Shown here: positions 51,089 through 60,720 of the stretch, one piece after another
How positions within the stretch are numbered: position 1 is the first letter of the stretch
Layout: each line of letters opens with the position of its first letter
Assembly: GCA_963811605.1 (NCBI GenBank)
Contig: CAWESA010000013.1
Coordinates: 336,344 to 400,343, forward strand
Source of the DNA: an uncultured delta proteobacterium
GTDB taxonomy: Bacteria; Desulfobacterota; Binatia; DP-6
Length of the DNA: 64,000 bases
Direction of reading: 5' to 3'
Notes under the pieces: generated by a model
Database searches by the model: none
Seen by the model: only the letters and a program-made list of their open reading frames with translations
What the model was told of the DNA's origin: nothing
Translations under genes and position numbers: made by a program

Positions 51089-52777
51089 CGATCTCCAGAA
51101 CGGGCGACGACGTGGAACGGACCCGGCACGAGGCCGGTCGGCTGGTCGCGACGACGTTGCGGATCGGACACGAACGCCACCATCTCCGGCCCGTTCCAGC
51201 GGCGTGCGAACTCCGCACGCGGCAGGAAGAGCTCGCCGCGAAACGGCTCGAGGTAGGTCGGCGGCGTGAATCCGCCCGCGGGCTCGAGCATCGTGATGTG
51301 CCGTCCCGTGTAGTACGCGAGCCCGCCGACCTGCTGGTACTCCTGCGGCGCCTCGAAGACGACCTCGACCGAGCCGGGCACGCGCGTGACGATGCTGCGC
51401 GCCAGCGGCTTCCAGGAGAACAGCGGCTCCACCTCGGCCTGCGCCCGCACCACGATCGCGAGCAGGGGCACGCCGGCAAGGGCGAGCCCGGCGAGCACCC
51501 CGCGCGGACTCCGGCGGATGGCCGCGGCGCCCAGCACGACGCCGCCGCCGATGGCGGTCGCCGCGGCGGGCACGACGAGCGCCAGCAGCACCGGCGCCTG
51601 ATCGATCCAGTACACGCGTTCGAGCAGCGCGTGCCCGCGCGCGAGGCCGAATGCGCCCGCCATCACCAGGCTCCCGGCGACCACGGCGAGCCACCCCCAG
51701 GCGAGCCGGCCGGTGACGCCGTCGGCGAGCCGACGCCCGCCGCGAGCCGCCAGGAGCGCCACCGCCGGGAGGGCCGGCAGCGCGTAGTGCTCGAGCCGCG
51801 ACGGCGAGAGCGAGAAGAGGAGCATCACGCCACCGAGCCACGTCCAGCAGAGGAAGCTGGCCCGGGCGTGCTCCGGCGCGTCTCGGTACGCGCCGCGGAG
51901 CGCCTCGCGGATCGTGAGCGGGACCAGGAATATCCACGGCAGGGAGCGGCCGAGAAACATGCTCCAGAAGGCTGCGCAGCGAGTCGCCCTCCGAGTCGCG
52001 CGGCAGCTTCTCGTCGAAGAAGAACAGCAGGTGCTGGTTGACCACGTAGTCCCACGCGAAGCCCGGGTGCCGCCAGGCGACCAGGACGTGCCACGGCGCC
52101 GCCAGCACCAGGAACACGGCCAGCCCGAGGAATGGCCGCAGGTGGAGCAGTCCGCGCCAGCCGTGGTCGCGCACGGTCGAGGCCACCACGGGCACCGCGA
52201 CGAGCGCCACCGGCACGGCGCCCTTCGCCATGAAGCCCACCGCGAGCGCAGCGTACCCGAGCGCGAGCCATCGCCCGCGCCTCTCCGGCCGGGAGGCCTC
52301 GGCCGCGCGCCAGCAGCACAGCGCGCCCAGCATCGACGCCACGAGGATGCCGTCGGGGCGGAGCGTCCGGGCCTCGAGCACGAAGCCCATCGTGGTGGCG
52401 AGGAACGCGCCGGCGAGGAGCCCGGTGGCGGCATCGAAGAGCCTCGCTCCGAGCCGGCAGACGAGGAGCACCGAGAGCGCCGCCGCCAGCACGCTCGTGA
52501 TCCGCACCCATTCGTCCTTCACGCCGAGCGCGAACGCGCCCGCTGCGATCCAGAACATGAGGGGCGGCTTGTTGAGGAAGAGGGTCTGGTTCATCTCGGG
52601 CGTGACGAGATCGCGCCGCATCAGCATCTCGTGCGCGACCTCGGCGTACCGTCCTTCGTTGTCGAAGAATCCCGGGCGCTCGAGACGGATCGATACCAGA
52701 ACCGCGAAGCCCAGTGCGAGAAGCAGCGCAGGTCGCCAGCGTGCCGCCGGCCCCCGAACCTGCCCGCCCTCCAGCAC
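51043..52777 (-). pseudogene. ArnT-like glycosyltransferase, +1 frameshift near 51976 (probably assembly error)
   Basis: NEGRYAEVAHEM, NKPPL, AKG in one frame; AAFWSMF..LPW..RLEHYALP in the next. Confidence 0.85.
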
Positions 52778-52875
52778 ATCCGCGCTTTTGGCGATAGGGG
52801 GGCAAAAGTCAACGCGCGGTCTTGCGCGACCCGGGGGCGATCGTTACAGTTCCGCCGCGACTGACGTAGCTCGCC

Positions 52876-54027
52876 ATGCAACGAGTCGTCTGGCTGCCAA
52901 ACCGAGCTTCCCCACAGGCGCCCCCCCATGGCCGGGTGCGCTTGATCGATCTCGGTCGCGAGTATGGCGCCTGCCGCGACGAGCTGCTCGCCGCATGCGA
53001 CCGCGTCTTCGAGCGCATGCAGCTCCTGGGGGGAGAGGAACTGCGCGCCTTCGAGACCGAGATGGCCGCCTTCCTGGGCGCGAGATTCGTCCGCGGCGTG
53101 GCTTCGGGCACCGACGCCCTCCGTCTCGCGGTGCGCGCCGCCGGCATCGGCCCGGGTGACGAGGTCCTGATCCAGGCGAACGCGTTCGTGGCCGCCGTCG
53201 AGGCGCTGGTCGACGTCGGCGCGCGTCCGGTGCCGGTCGACATCCGCCTCGACGACCTCGGTCCCGATCCCGAGCACCTGGCCGCATTGGTCGGTCCGCG
53301 CACGCGCGCGATCCTGCTGGTGCACCTCTACGGGCTGCCCGTCGACATGCATCCCGTGCTCGCCCTGGCACGCGAGCAGGGCCTCGTGGTGCTCGAGGAT
53401 TGCTCCCACGCCCATGGCGCGACGCTCGACGGCCGCCCGGTCGGCACCTTCGGCGTGGCGGGCGCCTTCAGCCTCGGCGTGGTGAAGAACCTCGCGGCCT
53501 ACGGCGACGCCGGGGTGGTCAGCAGCGATGAATCGGCCATCGCGGAACGCGTCACGCTCCTCGGCAAGCACGGACAGGCCCGGAAGAACGACCATGCCTT
53601 CTACGGAGGGAACAGCCGGCTCGACGAGCTACACGCCGCCATGCTGCGCGTGAAGCTCGGCCGGCTCGCGGCGCGCAACGCCCGGCGCGCCGAGATCGCC
53701 GCGTACTACTCGGATCGTCTGGCGGACCGGGTCGTGGTGCCGCCCGCCGATCCGCGTCGCACCCACGTGTTCCATCAATACGTCATCCGCACGCCCCGGC
53801 GTGAGGCGCTTCGCCAGCACCTCGCCGGCGCCGGGATCGAGACCGGTATCCACTACCCCGTCCCCATCCACCGCCACCAGGCCTGGCGTGATGCGTTCGG
53901 GGAGAGCCCGGCGTTGCCCCGAGCGGAGCAGGTCGCCGCCGAGATCCTCTCCGTGCCCGTACATCCCGACCTCACCGACGCCGAGGTCGAGCGCGTGGCC
54001 GAGAGCGTCGCGGACTTTTTCGATTGA
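52876..54027 (+). CDS. DegT/DnrJ/EryC1/StrS aminotransferase (alternative start 52936)
   Basis: SGTDAL, VHLYG, EDCSHAHG, KNL..YGDAG, NSRLDEL, IHYP. Confidence 0.93.
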   Translation: MQRVVWLPNRASPQAPPHGRVRLIDLGREYGACRDELLAACDRVFERMQLLGGEELRAFETEMAAFLGARFVRGVASGTDALRLAVRAAGIGPGDEVLIQANAFVAAVEALVDVGARPVPVDIRLDDLGPDPEHLAALVGPRTRAILLVHLYGLPVDMHPVLALAREQGLVVLEDCSHAHGATLDGRPVGTFGVAGAFSLGVVKNLAAYGDAGVVSSDESAIAERVTLLGKHGQARKNDHAFYGGNSRLDELHAAMLRVKLGRLAARNARRAEIAAYYSDRLADRVVVPPADPRRTHVFHQYVIRTPRREALRQHLAGAGIETGIHYPVPIHRHQAWRDAFGESPALPRAEQVAAEILSVPVHPDLTDAEVERVAESVADFFD

Positions 54028-55056
54028 TGCAGCTGGCCGCACGCCGGCCGGCGCTCTCCATCGTCGTCCCCGTCTACGACGAGGAAGGGAACGTCGGGCC
54101 CCTGCACGACGAGCTCACGCAGGTGGCGCGCGCGATCGGGCGGTCCTACGAGCTGCTGTTCGTCAACGATGGCAGCCGGGACCGGACGCTCGAGCGGCTC
54201 GAAGCCATCGCGCACACCGACCCGTCATCTTCGCGTGGTCGATCTCGACGGCAACTTCGGTGAGGCCGCCGCGCTGTCGGCCGGATTCAACACGGCGCGC
54301 GGACAGGTGATCGTCACGCTCGACGGCGACGGGCAGAACGACCCGCATGACATCCCGACGCTGCTCGCCCGGCTCGACGACGGCTACGACGCGGTGAGCG
54401 GGCGGCGCCGCTCGCGCGCGGAGGCGTTCCTGAGCCGGGTGCTGCCCTCGTGGGTGGCGAACCGCTTCATCGCCGTGGCCACCGGCGTGCCGGTCCACGA
54501 TTGCGGCTGCGGCCTGAAGGCGTATCGCCGCGAGGTGGTCGCCGGCGTACAGCTTCCACGCGGCATGAACCGCTTCCTCCCCGCCATCCTGGGGCTCGAT
54601 GCCGCACGGGTCGCGGAGATCGAGACCCGGGATCGGCCGCGGGGATCGGGCACGTCCCACTACGGCCTTTCGCGCGTCGCGGTCGTCTTCCGCGATCTCT
54701 TCTCGCTGCCGCTGCTCGTCCGCCGTCCGCCTCCGGGCTACGCGACCGCCGGCGTGCTCGGCGCCGCCGCGATCGCACTCATCGTGCTCGCGACGGTCGC
54801 CGCGCTGCGCGGCTGGCCCGTGAGCGGCGGCCTGCTGGCCACCGCCGCGGGGCTCGCGCTCGCCGTCCGTCACAACGTCATCCGCTTCGCGGACGCCCTG
54901 CAGCACGGCGTGTTCCGCGTGAGGAGGATTCTCCATGGGAGCGCACCAAGCGAGGATCGCCATCGTGGGAGTCGGCTACTGGGGCAAGAATTTGCTCCGG
55001 GCGTTCGGCCGCCTTTCCGGCGCGCGGGTGACGGCCCTGTGCGATCTCGATCCTGA
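54027..55056 (+). pseudogene. GT2 (ArnC/DPM-like) glycosyltransferase, +1 frameshift near 54223 (probably assembly error)
   Basis: SIVVPVYDEE, VNDGSRD then NFGEAAA, LDGDGQNDP, DCGCGLKAYR in the next frame. Confidence 0.85.
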
Positions 55057-55951
55057 CCGGCTGGCGGCCGCACGATCCGCGCATCCCGGCCTGGACAGCA
55101 CCGACGACTTCGCTGCTCTGGTGGCACGCGACGACGTCGACGCCGTCGTGATCGCCACGCCGCCCTCGCGCCATCATGCGATGGCGCTGGCGGCCCTGCG
55201 CGGCGGGAAGCACGTCTGGGTCGAGAAGCCGCTCGCCCTCACGGCCGCCGATGGGCGCGAGCTGGTCGATGCGGCCAAGCGCGGCGGGCACGTGCTCTTC
55301 GTCGACGAGACGTTCCTGTACGATCCGCTTGTGCGCGAGATGAAACGCATCATCGACGCGGGCGGCCTCGGCGAGGTGATGCACCTGTCCTTCGAACGCC
55401 TCGGGATGGGCCGGATCCGGCGTGACTCGGACGTGTGGTGGAACTCGGCGCCGCACGACCTCTCCATCCTGTTTCACCTGGTGCCACGCGCCGTCACCGA
55501 CATCCGCCTGCACCAGCACGCGTACCTGCAGCGGGGGATCGCCGACATGGTGGTCTGCGACCTCGAGCTCGCGGGAGGGGTCTCGGCCCACATCTACCTG
55601 AGCTGGCTGCACCCCGAGAAGACCGCCAAGGTCGTGGTGATCGGGCGCGAGCGCATGCTCGCCTACGAGGGACGCTTCGAGAAGCGCGGCATCACGATGT
55701 ACGACTACTCCCTCGACCTGACGCCCCCGCGGTCGGCCGATGCCGCCGTGCCGATCGTTCCCATCTCCGGCTTCGCGGGCAGGCCGCTGGAGCTGCCCGC
55801 GGCCGAGGAGCCGCTGGCGCTCGCGGCCGCACACTTCGTCGAGTGCATCGCCACCGGCGCCGAGCCCCTCACCAGCGGGGCGCGCTCGCTGCGCGTCGTC
55901 GAGGTGCTGGAACGTGCCGATCGCACGGCCACCCGCGGAGGCACGGCGTAG
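54935..55951 (+). CDS. Gfo/Idh/MocA oxidoreductase
   Basis: GVGYWG, ATP, VEKP, APHD, SWLHP.K. Confidence 0.92.
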   Translation: MGAHQARIAIVGVGYWGKNLLRAFGRLSGARVTALCDLDPDRLAAARSAHPGLDSTDDFAALVARDDVDAVVIATPPSRHHAMALAALRGGKHVWVEKPLALTAADGRELVDAAKRGGHVLFVDETFLYDPLVREMKRIIDAGGLGEVMHLSFERLGMGRIRRDSDVWWNSAPHDLSILFHLVPRAVTDIRLHQHAYLQRGIADMVVCDLELAGGVSAHIYLSWLHPEKTAKVVVIGRERMLAYEGRFEKRGITMYDYSLDLTPPRSADAAVPIVPISGFAGRPLELPAAEEPLALAAAHFVECIATGAEPLTSGARSLRVVEVLERADRTATRGGTA

Positions 55952-56952
55952 TGCCGGCTGGCGGCGGCGCGCGCCGCCGGCTTCTCACCTTGCTGGCGCT
56001 GGCCGTCGGCCTGTCGCTGCTCGGCTGGCTGCTGCATCACACGGGCTTCCAGCCCCTGTGGCAGCGTCTCAAGGTGCTCGGCTGGGCGGCGCCGCTGATC
56101 TTCCTCCCCTATCTGCTGATCACCGTCGCCGACGCGCGCGGCTGGCGCCTGACGCTGCCGGTGCCGCAGCGCGTCCCGCTGCTCGGTCTCATGCTGACGC
56201 GCATGGCTGGCGAAGCGGTGAACAGCCTGACGCCGGGGGCCGCGGTGGGAGAGCCGGTGAAGGCCTATCTGCTGCGGCGCTGGCACGTGACCGCGGCCGA
56301 CGCGCTGGCGTCGGTCGTGATCTCGAAGACCGCGCTGGTGGCCTCGCAGAGCCTGTTCACGGCCCTCGGGGTCGGCGCCCTCCTGTGGAGGCTCGACCGC
56401 CCCCACCTCGCGACCGGCTGGCTCGTCGCGCTCAGCATCGGCTGCGTCGCCTTCACGGCGGGACTCGTGTGGGTGCAACGGCGCAGCCCGGGCATGCTCA
56501 TCTGGAAGCTCCTCCATCGCGTGGCACCGCGCTCCCGTCTGGTGAAGCGCCTGGAAGCCGGCACGTCGGCCTTCGACGGCCGGCTGCGCGAGTTCTATCG
56601 CGGCGAGCCCCGGACCTTCCTGCACGCGACCGTCCTGCACTTCGTCGGCTGGCTCCTCGGGGTGGTGGAGGTCGTCGTGATGGTCACCCTGATCGGCGGC
56701 TCGGTGTCGTGGCTCGACGCCTTCATCATCGAGACCCTGTCGCAGCCGATCCGGGCGACCTCGCTCCTGGTGCCCGCGGGGATCGGGACGCAGGAGCTCG
56801 GCGGCGTGTGGCTGTGCACGTTCCTCGGGATGAGCGAGCCGGACGCGGTCACCCTGTGGCTCCTCAAACGGGCGCGCGAGCTCTTCTTCGACGGCATCGG
56901 CTTCGTCTACCTGGCCCAGCGCGGCGGCCGGCGCGCCCTCCGGGCGACGTGA
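55951..56952 (+). CDS. UPF0104/HpnL-like (flippase-like) membrane protein
   Basis: RMAGEAVNSLTP, GEPVK, PAGIGTQE, KRARE. Confidence 0.85.
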   Translation: MPAGGGARRRLLTLLALAVGLSLLGWLLHHTGFQPLWQRLKVLGWAAPLIFLPYLLITVADARGWRLTLPVPQRVPLLGLMLTRMAGEAVNSLTPGAAVGEPVKAYLLRRWHVTAADALASVVISKTALVASQSLFTALGVGALLWRLDRPHLATGWLVALSIGCVAFTAGLVWVQRRSPGMLIWKLLHRVAPRSRLVKRLEAGTSAFDGRLREFYRGEPRTFLHATVLHFVGWLLGVVEVVVMVTLIGGSVSWLDAFIIETLSQPIRATSLLVPAGIGTQELGGVWLCTFLGMSEPDAVTLWLLKRARELFFDGIGFVYLAQRGGRRALRAT

Positions 56953-57950
56953 CGCCGCCGCTCGAGCTGCGATCGCTCGGCCGCAGCGGCCTCACCGTCT
57001 CGCGACTCGGCGTGGGGCTCGCCGCGATCGCGCGTCCGGGCTACATCACGCTCGGCCGGCGCCGCGACCTCGGCGAGATCCGCACCGGCGAGGCGCTCTA
57101 CGCCCGCTGCGCGGCGGTGCTCGACGCCGCGCGGACCGCCGGCGTGCGCTACATCGACGTCGCGCGCAGCTACGGTCGCGCCGAGGAGTTCCTCGCACGC
57201 TGGCTCACCGAGCGGGGCGTACCCCTCGAGGCCCTGACCGTGGGCAGCAAGTGGGGGTATCGCTACACCGCCGGCTGGGCAGTCGACGCGCGGGTCCACG
57301 AGCAGAAGGAGCTGTCGGCGGATCGCTACCGCGCGCAGGTCGCGGAGAGCCGGGCGTTGCTCGGAGATCGGCTGGCGCTCTATCAGATCCACAGCGCCAC
57401 CGCCGAGTCGGGAGCGCTCGAGGATGGCACGCTGCTCGCGGCGCTGGTGGACGGACGCCGCGCGGGGCGCTTCCGGGCCGTGGGACTCACGCTCAGCGGC
57501 ACCGACTCGGCGCGTGCGCTCGATCTGGCGCTGGCGGCGCGCGTCGACGGGGAGCGGGTGTTCGACGTCGTGCAAGCGACCTTCAACGTGCTCGAGCCGT
57601 CGCTGGCCGCGGGCCTCGCCGCCGCTCACGCGGCCGGGCTCGGGGTGATCGCGAAGGAGGTACACGCCAACGGGCGGCTGACCGACGTCAACGACCGGTC
57701 CGACGACGCCGGGATGCTCGCCGGCCTGCGCGCGGTGTCGCCCGGGCTGCCCGTCGATCGCCTGGCGGTCGCCTTCGCCCTGTCGCATCCCTTCGTGGAC
57801 GTGGTCCTCTCCGGCGCTGCCACGGCGGCGCAGCTGGCGTCCCACGTGGCAGCCGTCGGCGCCGCGCCGATCGACGTCGCCGCGCTGGGTGGGTTCGCCG
57901 AGCCGGTCGAGCGTTACTGGCGCACGCGCGGAGCGCTGCCCTGGACCTGA
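56949..57950 (+). CDS. Aldo/keto reductase
   Basis: DVARSYG, GSKWG, LYQIHS, ATFN. Confidence 0.9.
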   Translation: MTPPLELRSLGRSGLTVSRLGVGLAAIARPGYITLGRRRDLGEIRTGEALYARCAAVLDAARTAGVRYIDVARSYGRAEEFLARWLTERGVPLEALTVGSKWGYRYTAGWAVDARVHEQKELSADRYRAQVAESRALLGDRLALYQIHSATAESGALEDGTLLAALVDGRRAGRFRAVGLTLSGTDSARALDLALAARVDGERVFDVVQATFNVLEPSLAAGLAAAHAAGLGVIAKEVHANGRLTDVNDRSDDAGMLAGLRAVSPGLPVDRLAVAFALSHPFVDVVLSGAATAAQLASHVAAVGAAPIDVAALGGFAEPVERYWRTRGALPWT

Positions 57951-58609
57951 TCGGCGCGCAGCACACGCCCCAGCAGCACCAGCGTCACCAGCCAGAAGAG
58001 GTTCGAGCCCAGGGCGGCGGCGGGAACGAGCAGGTCGAGCCGACCGGCGAGCGCGAACGCGACCGGGAACACGTACCAGTCGCGTGTCGTGAGCGGGCCG
58101 AGGATGCCGTCGAGCACCCCGTTCTCCCAGCGCGTCACGCGCCGGCGACGGGCCTCCGTGGCTTCGCTCAGCGTGATCACGCCGAAGGCTGCCACCACGC
58201 CGAGCCCCAGCGCGAGCAGCTCCCACCGGCCGGGCAGCACGCTCGAGCGCGCCAGCCGCCGCACGATGCCCGCGAGCAGCGCAGCGTGTACGACCGTGTC
58301 CCCGATGACGTCGAGCGCGTGCCCGAGCCGGGACGTCGTCCCGCGGCGGCGCGCCAGCTCGCCGTCGGTGCAGTCGAGCACGCCCGAGACGATCAGGCAG
58401 AGCACGCCCAGGACCGTCCCCGCGGCACGCGGGCTGCCGACGAGCAGGCCGCCCGCGACCCCGATGGCGGCGCCGGCGACGGTGACGGCGTTGGCGGACA
58501 GGGACGTGGCCAGCAGACGCCGCGTCACCGGACGCGCGAGCGGACGGTAGAGCAGCCGGTCGATGTAGCCGTCGCGGGGGTTCGCCCCCGCCGATGCCGC
58601 GGCGCTCAT
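57914..58609 (-). CDS. CDP-alcohol phosphatidyltransferase family protein
   Basis: Full signature DCTDGELARRRGTTSRLGHALDVIGD. Confidence 0.92.
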   Translation of the reverse strand: MSAAASAGANPRDGYIDRLLYRPLARPVTRRLLATSLSANAVTVAGAAIGVAGGLLVGSPRAAGTVLGVLCLIVSGVLDCTDGELARRRGTTSRLGHALDVIGDTVVHAALLAGIVRRLARSSVLPGRWELLALGLGVVAAFGVITLSEATEARRRRVTRWENGVLDGILGPLTTRDWYVFPVAFALAGRLDLLVPAAALGSNLFWLVTLVLLGRVLRADQVQGSAPRVRQ

Positions 58610-59352
58610 GCGCCGGCGCGGGGCGCGAGCGCGGCGATCCGTGGGAGCACCTCGCGCGTGGCGCGTACGACGTCGTCGGGGAAGTCGATCTCGATCCAGG
58701 GGAGGCCGTCGACGCGCTCGAAGCCCACCGCCACCCGCGACAGCAGCTCCGGGTAGACCTCCTCGTGCTCGATCTCCGTGTCGCCGGCCTGGACGTGCCG
58801 CTCGAGCAGCCGGCGCAGCAGGCGCGCGGCGTCCGCGGACAGCTTGAGAAAGCCGATCGACTCGCCCATCAGCTCGTAGCCGGGGGCGCCGCCGCGCACG
58901 ATGTCGCGCACGCGCCCGTCCCGGACGAGCAGCATCTGCTCCTCGCCGGTGTTCTCCTGGCTCGCGTCGAGCAGGAAGCAGTTGGCATGCGGGGACCGCA
59001 CCAGGCGCTCGAGCATGACGGGGGCGCACAGGACGTCGGCGTCCATCACCAGCACGTCGCCGGCGAGCGCCTCGCGCGCCGTCCACAGCGACAGGATCGC
59101 CCCTTCCCGGTAGCGCGGATTGGTGACGCAGGAGACGCCGATGGGCGGCCGGGCGGCGGCCACCGCGGCGCGCACGGCCTCGTCGCCGAATCCCGTCACC
59201 ACCATGGCGTCGCGCACGCCGAGCGAGGCCAGGGTGTCGAGCAGGCGGAGGAGCAAGCTGCGCCCCGCGATCTCGATCAGACACTTGGGCCTGCCGCCGG
59301 ACGTGCCGAGCAGGCGCTTGCCGACGCCGGCGGCGAGGACGATCGCCGTCAC
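58606..59352 (-). CDS. LicC/PntC-like (phosphocholine or phosphonate) cytidylyltransferase
   Basis: LAAGVGKRL, PKCL, MDADV, GEE, GESIG, WIEIDFPDD. Confidence 0.88.
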   Translation of the reverse strand: MTAIVLAAGVGKRLLGTSGGRPKCLIEIAGRSLLLRLLDTLASLGVRDAMVVTGFGDEAVRAAVAAARPPIGVSCVTNPRYREGAILSLWTAREALAGDVLVMDADVLCAPVMLERLVRSPHANCFLLDASQENTGEEQMLLVRDGRVRDIVRGGAPGYELMGESIGFLKLSADAARLLRRLLERHVQAGDTEIEHEEVYPELLSRVAVGFERVDGLPWIEIDFPDDVVRATREVLPRIAALAPRAGA

Positions 59353-60059
59353 GAGCGCCTGGGCGCGAGGACCGCGGTCACGCGCGCCTTGACGGCGGGC
59401 GTGATCCACGACGGGACGAGCTCCTCGCGGAAGCGTCGCAGCGCCTCGGCCGAGACGTCCGTGACGCCGGCGCGCAGCGCACGCTTCGTGGCCACGTAGG
59501 CCTCCCGCGGATGTCCCGCCAGCGTCTCGAGCCGCGCGCGCGCGGTGGCCTGGACGTCGGCCGCGATCTCGTCGGCGAGCCCGAGCGCGAGCGCGGTCGG
59601 CGGGTCGTACAGCGCGGCCTCCAGCACGACGCGCTCGAGGGCGCGGGGGGGAACGCGATGGCGGACGATCGCGAAGATGACGGGAGGAAACTGGACGCCC
59701 AGCGCGACCTCGTTGAGTCCCATGCGCAGCGTCGGCCGATCGGCGAGCACGCGGTGATCGGCGCACTGGGCGATCACGCAACCGCCCGCGATGGCGTGCC
59801 CGTTGATGCAGGCGACCACGGGGGCGGGATGGTTGAACAGGGCCTCCGCCATGCGCTCGAGCGTGCCGAGAAACCGCTCCGCGCCGGCGCGATCGAGCCC
59901 CGCGACCTCCTTCAGATCCAGCCCGGCCGAGAACGCATCGCCGGCCCCGGCGAGCAGCACCGGGTCGCCGTTTGCTTCCCGCAGCCGGCTGATGATCGAC
60001 TCCATCATCGCGGTGGAGAGCGAGTTCTTCCCCGGGCCGTCGAGCGAGAGGGTGTACAT
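59349..60059 (-). CDS. Enoyl-CoA hydratase/isomerase family protein
   Basis: FSAGLDL, INGHAIAGG, GLNEVALG. Confidence 0.9.
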   Translation of the reverse strand: MYTLSLDGPGKNSLSTAMMESIISRLREANGDPVLLAGAGDAFSAGLDLKEVAGLDRAGAERFLGTLERMAEALFNHPAPVVACINGHAIAGGCVIAQCADHRVLADRPTLRMGLNEVALGVQFPPVIFAIVRHRVPPRALERVVLEAALYDPPTALALGLADEIAADVQATARARLETLAGHPREAYVATKRALRAGVTDVSAEALRRFREELVPSWITPAVKARVTAVLAPRRS

Positions 60060-60108
60060 CGCGGCACAGTCCGCGTAGCGCAAGCGAGAAATACGAGCAA
60101 GGGATCCC

Positions 60109-60702
60109 ATGGACGCGCGCCGCCACGCACCCGCCGCCGAACGGAACCGAGGACCGATCCTCGAGGTCCTGCGCGACGTCGTGCCGTCGCATGGGCGCGT
60201 CCTCGAGGTCGCGAGCGGCACCGGGCAGCACGTCGCCCACTTCGCGGCCGCGTTGCCCGCGCTGATCTGGCAGCCGAGCGAGGCCGACGAGACGATGCAT
60301 GCCTCGATCGCGGCGTGGACCGCCGGGCTGCCCAACGTGCGCGCCCCGCTGGCGCTGGACGCCACCGCGGCATCGTGGCCGGTTCCCGCCGTCGACGTGG
60401 TGTACGCCGCGAACCTGATCCACGTCGCACCCTGGAACGTGTGTCTCGGTCTGCTCGACGGTGCGGGCCGGCACCTGGTCCCGGGCGGGCTGCTCGTCCT
60501 GTACGGTCCCTATCGCATCGAGGGCACGCATACCGCGGCCAGCAACCACGACTTCGATCGACAGCTGCGCACGAGCGATCCGCGCTGGGGCGTTCGCGAC
60601 CTCGAGGCCGTGCGCGACGCCGGCACGGCGCGCGGGCTACAACTGGCACGGCGTCACGACATGCCGGCCAACAACCAGACGCTGGTCTTCCGCCGCGACT
60701 GA
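60109..60702 (+). CDS. DUF938 family methyltransferase-like protein
   Basis: APAAERNR.PIL, LEVASGTGQH, WQPS, YGPY, MPANN. Confidence 0.92.
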   Translation: MDARRHAPAAERNRGPILEVLRDVVPSHGRVLEVASGTGQHVAHFAAALPALIWQPSEADETMHASIAAWTAGLPNVRAPLALDATAASWPVPAVDVVYAANLIHVAPWNVCLGLLDGAGRHLVPGGLLVLYGPYRIEGTHTAASNHDFDRQLRTSDPRWGVRDLEAVRDAGTARGLQLARRHDMPANNQTLVFRRD

Positions 60703-60720
60703 GCGCGCGAGCCGCCGGGC

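Noticed and set aside
49799-52777. 992-aa ArnT-Omp85 fusion ORF
   Set aside because: Artefact of the frameshift near 51976; the middle is out-of-frame sequence.
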